DNA from: an uncultured archaeon | GTDB taxonomy: Archaea > Thermoproteota > Nitrososphaeria_A > Caldarchaeales > Calditenuaceae | Direction of reading: 5' to 3' | Length of the DNA: 64,000 nt | Assembly: GCA_938017985.1 (NCBI GenBank) | Contig: CALIKS010000015.1 | Location: 17,017 to 81,016 of the forward strand | In this document: positions 1 through 8,798 of the stretch, in pieces | How positions within the stretch are numbered: the stretch's first letter is position 1 | Layout: the number at the start of each line of letters is the position of its first letter | Notes under the pieces: model-generated | Database searches by the model: none | What the model saw: the letters and a program-made list of their open reading frames with translations, nothing else | What the model was told of the DNA's origin: nothing | Made by a program: the position numbers and the translations under genes

Positions 1-1146
1 ATCAGTTGTATGAATTATTGCGTCGCTTCCCATAGAAATAAACATCTCTCTATCAATTTTTGGATTATGTGATAGTCCTGTAACTGCTATAAACATTGTC
101 TTAAGGCCGAAGTTGTTAGCATTTTTAGCCATCATTAAGTCCTCTATAGAATTTCCAACATACACAATCCGAGAGACATCGTTCATAATGGACGCTGACT
201 TTATCAAGCTATATGGACTTGGCTTCTCGATAGATTTTGGAGCTCCTAGTCTTTCCTCATCAGCAATAAAGATAGATGCCTCGCTGTTAAAGTAATCCAT
301 AAGTCTGCCTAGGACGATTTCAGAAACAGCTCTATCACGTCCACTAACGATGCTAAGACGTCTACGACCTATTTTCGCTGAAAGCTTCTTGAGTGTCTCC
401 TCACCTATAAATATCGTCTCGTTTCTGAATAATCCCTCCCCGAACCTAAAGAATGGGCCTCTACCATAAATCTTCGAGACGATGTCTTCCCCATAGTATA
501 GGTCGGAGAAGGTTGTCTCAAGTAGGCCATCACCATAATTACCGGGCTGGCCCAATATTTGCAAAAAGAACTCATACTCAGTCAAGAATCCTCTCTCTAT
601 AGCTATTTCACGTATTGCCTTCTCAAGCATTTCAGGCGTAATGAGTTGCGATGATAGTCGACGAGCTCTATCAACCACATCTTTAAGTAAGTACTTCATA
701 TCCTTCACTACCAATGGAACATATCCACTTACTAGTAACATATCTCTCGAAATTTGCCGAAACAATGAGTCAGGACGAGTTTTACTATCTTTATCTAAAT
801 TGATTATTGATTTTCCAAATTTAGATATAACTTCGTCCGGCAAATTTACAAATAGCCAAAGTGTAAGAATATACGCAGTATTAGCATCATTATTGAATCC
901 ACCAGTGCTTCTAAGGAGCCTTATCTCCTCGGAAGTGACTGGCTGTCCAAGAAACTCTACATGAAGCATCTTAGATAATATTTCCTCAATAGTCATTAAA
1001 ATTGCCTTATCATAAGAGCCCCTAGCGTCAATTAACACTCCGTCACAATCAAATATTACTGCATCGATATTCCTGAAACTCTCCAACGCATCTCTAGCTA
1101 CGATTATCTCCTCACTCGTTCCTAGCTTTAAGTATTCTCGTCTCAA
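1..1146 (-). CDS. HAD-superfamily hydrolase with large cap domain (C-terminus runs off the window); candidate histidinol-phosphate phosphatase
   Basis: Absent from the ORF track because no stop lies inside the window. Forward triplets in phase 1-3, 4-6 ... 1144-1146 contain no TTA/CTA/TCA, so the minus frame is open for 382 codons. My translation reads L(TTG 1146)RREYLKLGTSEEIIVARDALESFRNIDAVIFDCDGVLIDARGSYDKAILMTIEEIL...RSTGGFNNDANTAYILTLW...VYVGNSIEDLMMAKNANNFGL. HAD motif I (DxDG) is at 1027-1050 and a motif IV-like GNSxxD is near 118-159. The TTG start overlaps the hisD stop; an alternative TTG is at 1086. Confidence 0.8.
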   Translation of the reverse strand, partial: MRREYLKLGTSEEIIVARDALESFRNIDAVIFDCDGVLIDARGSYDKAILMTIEEILSKMLHVEFLGQPVTSEEIRLLRSTGGFNNDANTAYILTLWLFVNLPDEVISKFGKSIINLDKDSKTRPDSLFRQISRDMLLVSGYVPLVVKDMKYLLKDVVDRARRLSSQLITPEMLEKAIREIAIERGFLTEYEFFLQILGQPGNYGDGLLETTFSDLYYGEDIVSKIYGRGPFFRFGEGLFRNETIFIGEETLKKLSAKIGRRRLSIVSGRDRAVSEIVLGRLMDYFNSEASIFIADEERLGAPKSIEKPSPYSLIKSASIMNDVSRIVYVGNSIEDLMMAKNANNFGLKTMFIAVTGLSHNPKIDREMFISMGSDAIIHTTD

Positions 1147-2453
1147 TTTTTCACCCGTGCCGCTTTTCTAAACGCTTCAAGGTGGAATGGGAGCCCCTCC
1201 GATCTTATAAGTGGCTCTACACGTCTCAGCGCATGCCTAACTGATTTTCTACCACCAGAAACGATGCTTATTAGTTTTATATAGTCTAGTACGGTTAATC
1301 CACTAAAATAAGAAGCATATCCGCCTGTTGGAAGTACATGGCTAGTACCAGAATAGTAATCGACAAAAACACTCGGCATATCTTTTCCAACCGTAATGAC
1401 GCCGACGTTCCTTATTTTCTTCAACACCTTGCCATGATTTTTAATCGAGATTACGAGATGTTCGGGAGAAATCTTGTTAACAATTCTACACACAGTATCT
1501 AAGCTGTCAGCCACGAAAACGTAGCAGTTATTTTTGAGCGATTGCTTAGAGGGACTCTCATTACTAATGGTAAATAATAATTCTTCTAACATATTAGCAA
1601 TCTTTATTCCAATCTCCTCAGAGGTAGTAATAGCAATCGTCAAACTATCTGGCCCATGTTCGGACTGAGCCGCCATATCAAACACAACACTTTCTAAATC
1701 ACTCGTCTCATCTACAATTGCTACAAGCTCTGTTGGTCCGGCTGGAAAATCAACACCAACTACTTGCTGGACGAGTTGTTTAGCAGCAGTCACATACCTG
1801 TTTCCTGGCCCTATAATCTTCTTAACCGGCTTTATTCGCTGGGTGCCATATGCTAGTGCAGCTATTGCCTGTGCTCCACCGGTCCAGAGAATTTCATCGA
1901 AGCCAGCTATGTATGCTGCAGCCATTACTTTATACATATCATCAATGTCTTTCCTGGGTGGTGTGGCTAGGACCATTCTTGAAACACCAGCCACTTTACC
2001 AGGAACGCCCGTCATGAGTATGGTGCTTAAGTATGTTGCTCCTCCACCAGGTGCATAACAACCAACACTTTCTATAGGTCTCCACGAATATCTTATCGAG
2101 TAGCCTTCACTAAATCTGATGGAACTATCAATCATTTTAAGTCTCTTAAGCTCGACTGTCCTGATGTTTTTCTTGAGCTTTTTTAGAGAAGCAATGAGTG
2201 CTGCGTTTACGTTATGTAGTGATTCTTTTAGAGTATCCTTGTTGCTGACGAGTCTCTCAGGTTCTAATTCAATTCCATCAAAATTCTTGGTGAGCCTTAT
2301 GATCGCTTCATCACCATTTTTCTTTACATCCTCAATTATTTGATTTGCTGCATCGTAGACTTCTTTGCTAATTTCAACATTTTTCCTGATATTTAGAACT
2401 ATGTTATCTATATTGTCTTCACTTGTCTTGATTAAGGTTACCATTCTTTCCAC
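1143..2453 (-). CDS. hisD: histidinol dehydrogenase
   Basis: 436-aa ORF with HisD-like segments GGAQAIAALAYGT, GPGNRYVTAAK, SEHGPDS and PEHLVIS. It overlaps the upstream hisG by 35 nt. Confidence 0.92.
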   Translation of the reverse strand: MERMVTLIKTSEDNIDNIVLNIRKNVEISKEVYDAANQIIEDVKKNGDEAIIRLTKNFDGIELEPERLVSNKDTLKESLHNVNAALIASLKKLKKNIRTVELKRLKMIDSSIRFSEGYSIRYSWRPIESVGCYAPGGGATYLSTILMTGVPGKVAGVSRMVLATPPRKDIDDMYKVMAAAYIAGFDEILWTGGAQAIAALAYGTQRIKPVKKIIGPGNRYVTAAKQLVQQVVGVDFPAGPTELVAIVDETSDLESVVFDMAAQSEHGPDSLTIAITTSEEIGIKIANMLEELLFTISNESPSKQSLKNNCYVFVADSLDTVCRIVNKISPEHLVISIKNHGKVLKKIRNVGVITVGKDMPSVFVDYYSGTSHVLPTGGYASYFSGLTVLDYIKLISIVSGGRKSVRHALRRVEPLIRSEGLPFHLEAFRKAARVKN

Positions 2454-3417
2454 CCTGAAGGATTTCCTCTAATGATAGTAGTAGTCGGGGTTCATGGGCA
2501 ACTAGTCCCTGAGCAATCCTGCGAAGCTTCGGAAGAATTCGGAAGAGCTCATCTTTCTCGATGACCGTGTTCACAGCATACCATCCCTCCATTGAAAGTT
2601 TATTTATGGTCGGTGCTTTTAGCGCTGGGAGAATCGACAATAATTCATCTAGATTTTCCTCCTTTACGTTGAGAAAGATGTGGAGCCTCTTCCTAGACTC
2701 TAAGACGCCTGTAAACATTGATAAGATATCAAGGATCTTTTCCTTCTTCCATGCATCTCGCATAGCTTCTTTATTACTTATCAGTACCGCAGTACTAGTC
2801 ATGAATTCTTCTATGATTGTCAGGTTATTCTGCTCAAGCGTCCTACCAGTCTTTGTATTGTCTACTATTGCATCAGCTTCCTCTGGAGGCTTTGCCTCAG
2901 TGGCTCCGAATGATAAGAAGACACAAACATTTGGATTCTCTCCCTTTCTGAACCAGGGCGTTATTATCATTGGCGTCTTGTCTTTAAAATATCTCTGGTA
3001 TACCTCGTTTTCCATTATTTTATGAGAAGTTATATTGAGATATTCAGTCGAGATTCTTACCGGCAGGTTCTGGCTCAATTTCTTTTCCAGTAGATCGCTC
3101 AGACTAGTGTATCCAAAAATAGTGGGTGCTGCCATGATGAGTCTTACTCTGCCATATTCGAGGTCCTTTAGGATGTTTACCTCTACATCTGTCTCTTTAA
3201 CCCAATCAAGCCCGGTGATGCCTATGTCATAGTATCCCTCCTCGACATAAATCGGGATCTCCTGCGGGCGAAGAATCTTAAGCATGATTTCTTTATCACT
3301 AATCACTGGTCTGTATGTGCGTTCCGTTCCCTTTACCTCGTAGAAAGCACGTCTCAGTAGGTCTAAGGTCTCATTCTCTAGCGATCCCTTTGGGATTGCA
3401 AACCTAAGTTTATTCAT
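2419..3417 (-). CDS. hisG: ATP phosphoribosyltransferase (long form)
   Basis: 332-aa ORF. The N-terminus MNKLRFAIPKGSLENETLDLLRRA and DIGITGLDWV are typical HisG segments. The C-terminal extension is consistent with the long, HisZ-independent form. Confidence 0.88.
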   Translation of the reverse strand: MNKLRFAIPKGSLENETLDLLRRAFYEVKGTERTYRPVISDKEIMLKILRPQEIPIYVEEGYYDIGITGLDWVKETDVEVNILKDLEYGRVRLIMAAPTIFGYTSLSDLLEKKLSQNLPVRISTEYLNITSHKIMENEVYQRYFKDKTPMIITPWFRKGENPNVCVFLSFGATEAKPPEEADAIVDNTKTGRTLEQNNLTIIEEFMTSTAVLISNKEAMRDAWKKEKILDILSMFTGVLESRKRLHIFLNVKEENLDELLSILPALKAPTINKLSMEGWYAVNTVIEKDELFRILPKLRRIAQGLVAHEPRLLLSLEEILQGGKNGNLNQDK

Positions 3418-3529
3418 GTTTTAACATCACCTCTTCATGGGTAATAATAAAGACTTTTATATCGCCTGCCTCAATGAAGCAAATTTACCTCAACCATCAG
3501 CGAGAGAATGCATAATCTAGGTAATAAAT

Positions 3530-4006
3530 CTATGTGTCTCCCTCAGAGAACAAAGAGTTGAAGTCTTCTTTCACGACCTCTAGTACGACGTGTGTTGAGC
3601 TTCTTTCCACGTAGGGCATTTTGAGGATTTTCTTTATAAAGGCACTCATCTCATGCCTATCCCTAAATCTACAGATTATTATGGAGTCGACCTCGCCTGT
3701 CACGTCGTATACTGCTACTACGTTTTTCTCAGAAGCAATTTCTCTCTGAACCTCGAGAAGTCTTCCTTCCTTGATAACGAGCTTAATGATGGCCGTTATC
3801 TCGTAGCCCAGTTCCTCATAATTGAGGATTGTCGTAAAGCCTTTGATTAGGCCGCTTTTCTGCAGCTTAGAGACTCTATATGCTACTGTAGCGACTGATA
3901 GGCCTAGCTTTTTTGCCAGTTCCCTGTAAGAGACCCTGGCGTTTCTTATCAGCTCTGAAATTATCTCGCGGTCCAATTCGTCCAGTTTCATCGACCCCTC
4001 CAACAA
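3530..4006 (-). CDS. Lrp/AsnC family transcriptional regulator
   Basis: 158 aa. It has an N-terminal HTH (LDELDREIISELIRNARVSYRELAKKLGLSVATVAYRVSKLQKSGLI) followed by a RAM/ligand domain. Confidence 0.88.
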   Translation of the reverse strand: MLEGSMKLDELDREIISELIRNARVSYRELAKKLGLSVATVAYRVSKLQKSGLIKGFTTILNYEELGYEITAIIKLVIKEGRLLEVQREIASEKNVVAVYDVTGEVDSIIICRFRDRHEMSAFIKKILKMPYVERSSTHVVLEVVKEDFNSLFSEGDT

Positions 4007-4066
4007 TTCTCACTATTATTAGGAGAAAGCTTAATACATAATTATCTCTTTTAGTAGTCTTGAAGC

Positions 4067-4549
4067 ATGTATAAGTCTAACATAGTATTGGATAAGGTCC
4101 TCAAGCTTCTGAATGACCCATCATTGAAAGGTCTGGCTACGCTTAGGCATTATCCAATGGAGCGGCAGATATACGCAAGGTTTGGCCGATGCGGCTTCGC
4201 GATCGACCTTATATTTGAAAAAGGACGTGAGAAAAAACACATATCGATACTAGTCGAGGCGATGGCTTACGCGTCTTCTAAAGGGATAAAGACTTCGTAC
4301 GAAAAGTCAAGAGGCATCATCACCTGCATAATAGCAGAGATCTCGAGAAAAGGCATCAGATACAAAGTCATAAAATCTAAATACAATAATGCTAAAGAGC
4401 TGTTTACATACGTAGAGAGGGTCAGGGCTTCTTTTTACGAGAGGTATAGAAGCCTAAAGCAAGGTATACCGCCAGGTAAGGAAGCTGTTCCAGGCGAGAT
4501 ATTCCACATTGCTGGAATACCTGACACGGAACTCTTTTTAGGCGTCTAA
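4067..4549 (+). CDS. hypothetical protein
   Basis: 160-aa ORF divergent from the Lrp gene across a 60-bp A/T-rich spacer. I recognise no motif. Confidence 0.5.
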   Translation: MYKSNIVLDKVLKLLNDPSLKGLATLRHYPMERQIYARFGRCGFAIDLIFEKGREKKHISILVEAMAYASSKGIKTSYEKSRGIITCIIAEISRKGIRYKVIKSKYNNAKELFTYVERVRASFYERYRSLKQGIPPGKEAVPGEIFHIAGIPDTELFLGV

Positions 4550-4598
4550 GAATTATTAAATTATTTTTAAATACCTCTAATAAAACCCTTCTCCGTAG

Positions 4599-5726
4599 AT
4601 GAAGCTTTACGAGTATGAGGCAGCAGAATTATTTTTGAAGAAAAATATTCCATATCCAGACTTTAAAGTGGTCTCTAATCCTGAGGAGGCGGTAACCGCA
4701 GCTGACATTATTGGGCTTCCAGTCGTACTCAAGGCGCAAGTCCTAGTCGGAGGTAGGGGAAAAGCAGGCGGCATAAGAATGGCGGAATCTCTCAGCGAGG
4801 TTAAAACCTTGGCTGAGCAGATATTGAGCATCAATATCAAGGGTGAGCGAGCCAATAAACTGATGGTGGCAAAAGCCTATAGGCCCCAAGCAGAAAAATA
4901 CGTCGCATTTATACTTGATAAGACACATGAGAGACATCTACTACTTGTTTCTAGCTCTGGAGGCATCGATATCGAGACTTCAGTCGCGTCCGGCTCAGAG
5001 ATTATCCTTAAAGTGCCTATAGACCCGCTGCTAGAGCTTCAGGATTATCACGTCAGAAGGGCAGTGAGTTTTCTCGGGCTAAAGAATGAAAACGCAAAGA
5101 CATGTAGCAAAATCATTAGAAGCCTCTATGAAATTTATAGAGAGTTAGGATGCGAATTAGTGGAGATTAATCCATTGGCAGTTATCAACGACTCAGAACT
5201 TTTAGCACTTGATGCAAAGATAGTAATTGATGATAATGCCGTCAGGAAATATGGTCTGAGTTTTGTACGGGAGGCTCTGGGACCAGAAGAAGAGGCGAGA
5301 AGACTAGGCATAAACTACGTGGAGCTTGACGGCAATATTGGAATAATTGGAAACGGAGCGGGATTAACGATGGCTACGATGGACTTAGTGAAACATTATG
5401 GTGGGAGTCCCGCTAATTTTCTGGATATAGGTGGAGGTGCGAATACAGAAACAATGTTTAACGCAGTCTCACTACTACTGAAAAGCAATAAAGTAAGAGT
5501 AATCTTAGTAAACGTGCTTGGAGGGTTAACTAAATGCGACGAAGTTGCTGCAGGAATCGTTAAGGCACTGAATATGACTAAAACGAATAAAAAAATTGTG
5601 ATTAGACTTGTTGGTAATCGGGAGGAAGAAGGAAGAAAAATACTGAGAGATAATGGGTTAGAATATTACGACTCTATGGAGGAAGCAGCAAAGAAGGCTG
5701 TAGAACTATCAATAATTAATTCATAG
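4599..5726 (+). CDS. succinyl-CoA synthetase beta-subunit-like ATP-grasp protein (no adjacent alpha subunit)
   Basis: 375 aa. MKLYEYEAAELF...VVLKAQVLVGGRGKAGGI is the classic SucC/ATP-grasp N-terminus. GIIGNGAGLTMATMD is the CoA-ligase domain motif. Confidence 0.85.
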   Translation: MKLYEYEAAELFLKKNIPYPDFKVVSNPEEAVTAADIIGLPVVLKAQVLVGGRGKAGGIRMAESLSEVKTLAEQILSINIKGERANKLMVAKAYRPQAEKYVAFILDKTHERHLLLVSSSGGIDIETSVASGSEIILKVPIDPLLELQDYHVRRAVSFLGLKNENAKTCSKIIRSLYEIYRELGCELVEINPLAVINDSELLALDAKIVIDDNAVRKYGLSFVREALGPEEEARRLGINYVELDGNIGIIGNGAGLTMATMDLVKHYGGSPANFLDIGGGANTETMFNAVSLLLKSNKVRVILVNVLGGLTKCDEVAAGIVKALNMTKTNKKIVIRLVGNREEEGRKILRDNGLEYYDSMEEAAKKAVELSIINS

Positions 5727-6011
5727 CAAGGTTATCTCAGATTCGTGTGTACTCTCTCGCCAACTAAATAATCTAGCTCTCTTTCTGCTTTCTTTCCTAA
5801 AACTTCTTAGACCAATAAGTGTCACTGGTATGCCCACAACAGCTAGGATGAGATTTAGCGCAAAGATACCATTAAACCAGCGGTCTAGCAGGTAAGCCAT
5901 GGTAGAATCTGCCAAACCTGCAGCTGTCAGTGATATGCTAATAATTGAAGGAGCTATACTGATAATTAGACCTATGAAAGAAGTGACCAGACTCTTCATC
6001 ATCTTATCCAT
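5721..6011 (-). CDS. small membrane protein, hypothetical
   Basis: 96 aa with two clearly hydrophobic helices (LVTSFIGLIISIAPSIISISLTAAGL and FALNLILAVVGIPVTLIGL) and a basic C-terminus. Confidence 0.5.
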   Translation of the reverse strand: MDKMMKSLVTSFIGLIISIAPSIISISLTAAGLADSTMAYLLDRWFNGIFALNLILAVVGIPVTLIGLRSFRKESRKRARLFSWRESTHESEITLL

Positions 6012-6158
6012 TTAGCTACACCGGAGTCAGCATTTGATTCCCAGAGATAAGGCTTTTCTACATTAATTAGTATGTGAAATATTAAAAAACTATCTAGGTA
6101 TTACCGTAAAGTAATTTCTAAGCAATAAAAACAAGGTGGATTTTAATGTTCCGAGTGT

Positions 6159-6764
6159 CTAGATTTTAGAGAATCTTTTATCAACATCGTCCCAGTTAAC
6201 TACGTTCCACCAATTATCCACGTAAGCCCCTCTGTCATTTTTGTATTGAAGATAGTATGCATGTTCCCAAACATCTATCGTAAGGAGAACTGGTAGGTCC
6301 GGCGGATGTAGCAAATTATGCTTCTCCACTTGATAAACGAATAGCAAATCTCCCTCGGGGTCATATGTCAGTACAGCCCACCCAGAAGCCTCAACATTCT
6401 TAGCCGCATCGCTAAAAACTTTTTTGAAAATTTCGAATGATCCAAAATCCTTTATAATCTGATCTGCGAGCTTTCCGCCGGGATTTCCTCCTCCTCTTCC
6501 AGGAGGGGCCATATTTGTCCAAAACACAGCGTGGAGTTTATGCCCACTAAGGTTAAAGGAAAGGTCTCTGAGGATGCTCCTAATATTTTCAGGATTCTCA
6601 CCCCTACGTGCTTTCTCCAAACGATCAATCGCTTGATTTGCTCCATTTACGTATGCCAAGTGATGTTTTGAATGATGAAGCGTCATTATTTGTTCTGATA
6701 TTATTGGCTCTAACGCATTGTATGAGTATGGTAGCGGAGGCAAATCATATTTTTTCATAAGCAA
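6159..6764 (-). CDS. sod: Fe/Mn superoxide dismutase
   Basis: 201 aa. LPPLPYSYNALEPIISEQIMTLHHSKHH and DVWEHAYYLQYKNDR are hallmark Fe/Mn-SOD motifs. Confidence 0.95.
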   Translation of the reverse strand: MLMKKYDLPPLPYSYNALEPIISEQIMTLHHSKHHLAYVNGANQAIDRLEKARRGENPENIRSILRDLSFNLSGHKLHAVFWTNMAPPGRGGGNPGGKLADQIIKDFGSFEIFKKVFSDAAKNVEASGWAVLTYDPEGDLLFVYQVEKHNLLHPPDLPVLLTIDVWEHAYYLQYKNDRGAYVDNWWNVVNWDDVDKRFSKI

Positions 6765-6822
6765 TATAATTTATTATCTCCTATTTATAACTGTTTTAAT
6801 TAAACAAAATTTAGTTGATGGA

Positions 6823-7644
6823 TTATTCGTAGAGCTCCCAATACATGTCCGTTATCTTAAACCACCTATTTAGGAATACCTTAACATTCTTGATTTCTTT
6901 TAACACTCTGTCCATTCTTTGTTCTTTAATCAATGAGTAAACTTCTTCAAGAAAAACTCTGTAGGCTCTTAATGCATAATCATTATGCAGGACTTCTCTC
7001 GAGTAAAAGCTACTCGGCTCGGAGTATGATATTGCAACCAATGATAGTGCTGTGCTGAGGCTCTTAGTTAGAGGTGCGTTATATCTCAGCTTCACTAGCG
7101 TGGAGCCGAGGGCTAATCCAACTACGTGTGTTAAAGATATAGATACACCCATTGCGAAGTCATGTTCTTCGTGCGACATGCGTATGAATTGAGTATCGCT
7201 TAGCAGATGTTTCAAAATTCTGCGCTCGAGGATGGGCCTAGATGGCTCGACATGTACAGTAATAGAGTCTCTTAAGTCTCTCTTCCCAGGACCAAATAAT
7301 GGATGGATAGAGATGCATAGAAATCCCCTATCTCTAGCCTTTACTACATCTCTCCAGATTGGTTTCTTAAACGATGATATCTCCAAAATAAACTGATCAG
7401 TATTTAGCAATTTGCTTAGTCTATAAATGACGTTTCCAGTATTATTAATAGGCGTCGAGACTAGAGCTCCATTGATGTCGGGTAGCCTAGTTAAGGACGT
7501 GAGAGCGCTTCCAAGTCCTTTCTTAGATAGTCTAAGAGCTAAACTTTTGTTAATATCGTAAAGATACAAGGTATGTCCTTTACGAGTAAAGTATTCTGCA
7601 AACCATCCCCCCATCGCTCCACAACCAATAATTAAGATCTTCAA
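6823..7644 (-). CDS. tyrA: prephenate dehydrogenase
   Basis: 273 aa with a Rossmann N-terminus (MKILIIGCGAMGGWFA), the HPLFGPG motif and EEHDFAMGVSISLTH. Confidence 0.75.
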   Translation of the reverse strand: MKILIIGCGAMGGWFAEYFTRKGHTLYLYDINKSLALRLSKKGLGSALTSLTRLPDINGALVSTPINNTGNVIYRLSKLLNTDQFILEISSFKKPIWRDVVKARDRGFLCISIHPLFGPGKRDLRDSITVHVEPSRPILERRILKHLLSDTQFIRMSHEEHDFAMGVSISLTHVVGLALGSTLVKLRYNAPLTKSLSTALSLVAISYSEPSSFYSREVLHNDYALRAYRVFLEEVYSLIKEQRMDRVLKEIKNVKVFLNRWFKITDMYWELYE

Positions 7645-7711
7645 TTCATTATTTAGCGAGAGCCGCGTGTATTAAAGTATCATTGCATTATAACCATGCT
7701 AATTTAAATGA

Positions 7712-8515
7712 CTACTTAATATAGTCAGGTATCCTCTCCTCTTTGTCAAACTCTTTCTCAAGCGACTCAACTAGTCTTTTCATATCTTCGTCTTGCTCCA
7801 TCAGTGAGTTGAGCTTTCCATCGAAGATGGATGCCTCGATGTATAGCCTATCAAGATTAATATTTACATCTATCAATTTGCATAGCTTATCGATAACGAC
7901 GGACATAACGCGTGGATTTGGATAATTGATGTAGTTAGGGACGTGTCCCCATATTGATGCTGAGTCAACTCCGAGTTCTGCAGTCTTTCTGATTATTAAG
8001 CTGTGAATACTTCCAGGCCCAGAATAGTTAGAGGGTCGAAGACCTAGACTTATTGCTTTATTGTACATTTTTTCGTTTCCTGAAAGAAATGAGACTCGTA
8101 CAGGCCTTGTATGCGGCACCCTGTCAAGCAGACCACCGATAGTGACAACTTGAACAACTTTAAACTTCTCAATCAGTTCGAATAATGCATTAATAAATTT
8201 GTCCCAACCGCTCCTCGGCTCGTAGCCTGAGATAAGAATTAAATCTTTGTTTGGACTTAATGCATAATTGATCTCAAAGCTTGGCATTGATATGCTTTTC
8301 ACAAAGCCATTCTCAATCTCTACTATTGGTCTATGATACGTCAAGTCTATATAGTCAGTCAGTTCAATTACACCAAGCAAGCTGGAATTTGTCACTTCGT
8401 TGATGTATGATAACGATAATGAAGAAACACCGCCTGCATCAGGCCAACCAGCAAGTCCAATGATAATTGCTGGCTCCTTAAGACTTGGATACTTGTAAAG
8501 GGACAAATAACTCAT
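7712..8515 (-). CDS. PAC2-family (proteasome assembly chaperone-like) protein
   Basis: 267 aa. PAIIIGLAGWPDAGGVSS and the acidic coiled C-terminus are typical of archaeal PAC2 family proteins. Confidence 0.7.
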   Translation of the reverse strand: MSYLSLYKYPSLKEPAIIIGLAGWPDAGGVSSLSLSYINEVTNSSLLGVIELTDYIDLTYHRPIVEIENGFVKSISMPSFEINYALSPNKDLILISGYEPRSGWDKFINALFELIEKFKVVQVVTIGGLLDRVPHTRPVRVSFLSGNEKMYNKAISLGLRPSNYSGPGSIHSLIIRKTAELGVDSASIWGHVPNYINYPNPRVMSVVIDKLCKLIDVNINLDRLYIEASIFDGKLNSLMEQDEDMKRLVESLEKEFDKEERIPDYIK

Positions 8516-8605
8516 ATACTAAAAACTAATTTATCATCCTTGTTAAAAAACATTGTACATACAAACGCTGAATTTTGAACTCTATCTCCCATCTTCAATA
8601 AAACC

Positions 8606-8615
8606 TAAATATTAA
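8606..8615 (+). promoter_or_regulatory. TATA-like box for tRNA-Gln
   Basis: TAAATATTAA is centred about 26 nt upstream of the tRNA 5' end at 8636. Confidence 0.45.
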
Positions 8616-8657
8616 GCAGTATTATCATGATGTGAAGCCCGGTCGTCTAGCGGTCAA

Positions 8658-8683
8658 TCCTGGCCAGAAATTAGGGGGACTAA
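8658..8683 (+). other. non-canonical tRNA intron (26 nt) at the D-loop/D-stem junction (about position 21/22)
   Basis: Removing it restores the D arm GTCTAGCGGTCAAGGAT. A BHB-like fold is present: a central 4-bp helix GGTC (8652-8655) / GACT (8678-8681, one G-U) is flanked by 3-nt bulges AAT (8656-8658) and AAG (8682-8684). Both predicted cuts fall after the second bulge nucleotide. The boundaries can slide by 1-2 nt because of the AA repeats. Confidence 0.7.
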
Positions 8684-8699
8684 GGATTCCGGGCTCTGG

Positions 8700-8717
8700 A
8701 TCCTAAAGGAAGGAGAA
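8700..8717 (+). other. canonical tRNA intron (18 nt) at position 37/38
   Basis: BHB fold: helix CTCT (8694-8697) / GGAG (8712-8715) is flanked by bulges GGA (8698-8700) and AAC (8716-8718). Cuts fall after the second bulge nucleotide on each strand. Confidence 0.75.
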
Positions 8718-8798
8718 CCCCGGAGACGGCGGTTCGAATCCGCCCCGGGCTATTAAAATATTCAATGAGCAGTCATCGCGATGATTTATGTTTAATAT

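Larger units (their letters stand above)
8636..8752 (+). tRNA. tRNA-Gln(CUG) interrupted by two introns
   Basis: Hand fold. Acceptor AGCCCGG (8636-8642) pairs with CCGGGCT (8745-8751), discriminator A at 8752. D arm is GTCT-AGCGGTCAA-[intron]-GGAT. Anticodon stem CCGGG (8689-8693) pairs with CCCGG (8719-8723). Loop is CT-CTG-G[intron]C with anticodon CTG at 8696-8698. T arm is GGCGG-TTCGAAT-CCGCC (8728-8744). The mature length is 73 nt after removing 26 and 18 nt. CCA is not encoded. Confidence 0.88.

Noticed and set aside
113-964. Plus-strand ORFs 113-295 and 641-964 from the track
   Set aside because: Both are low-complexity Ser/Leu/Ile-rich and lie antisense to the continuous 382-codon HAD hydrolase frame. 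They are shadow ORFs.
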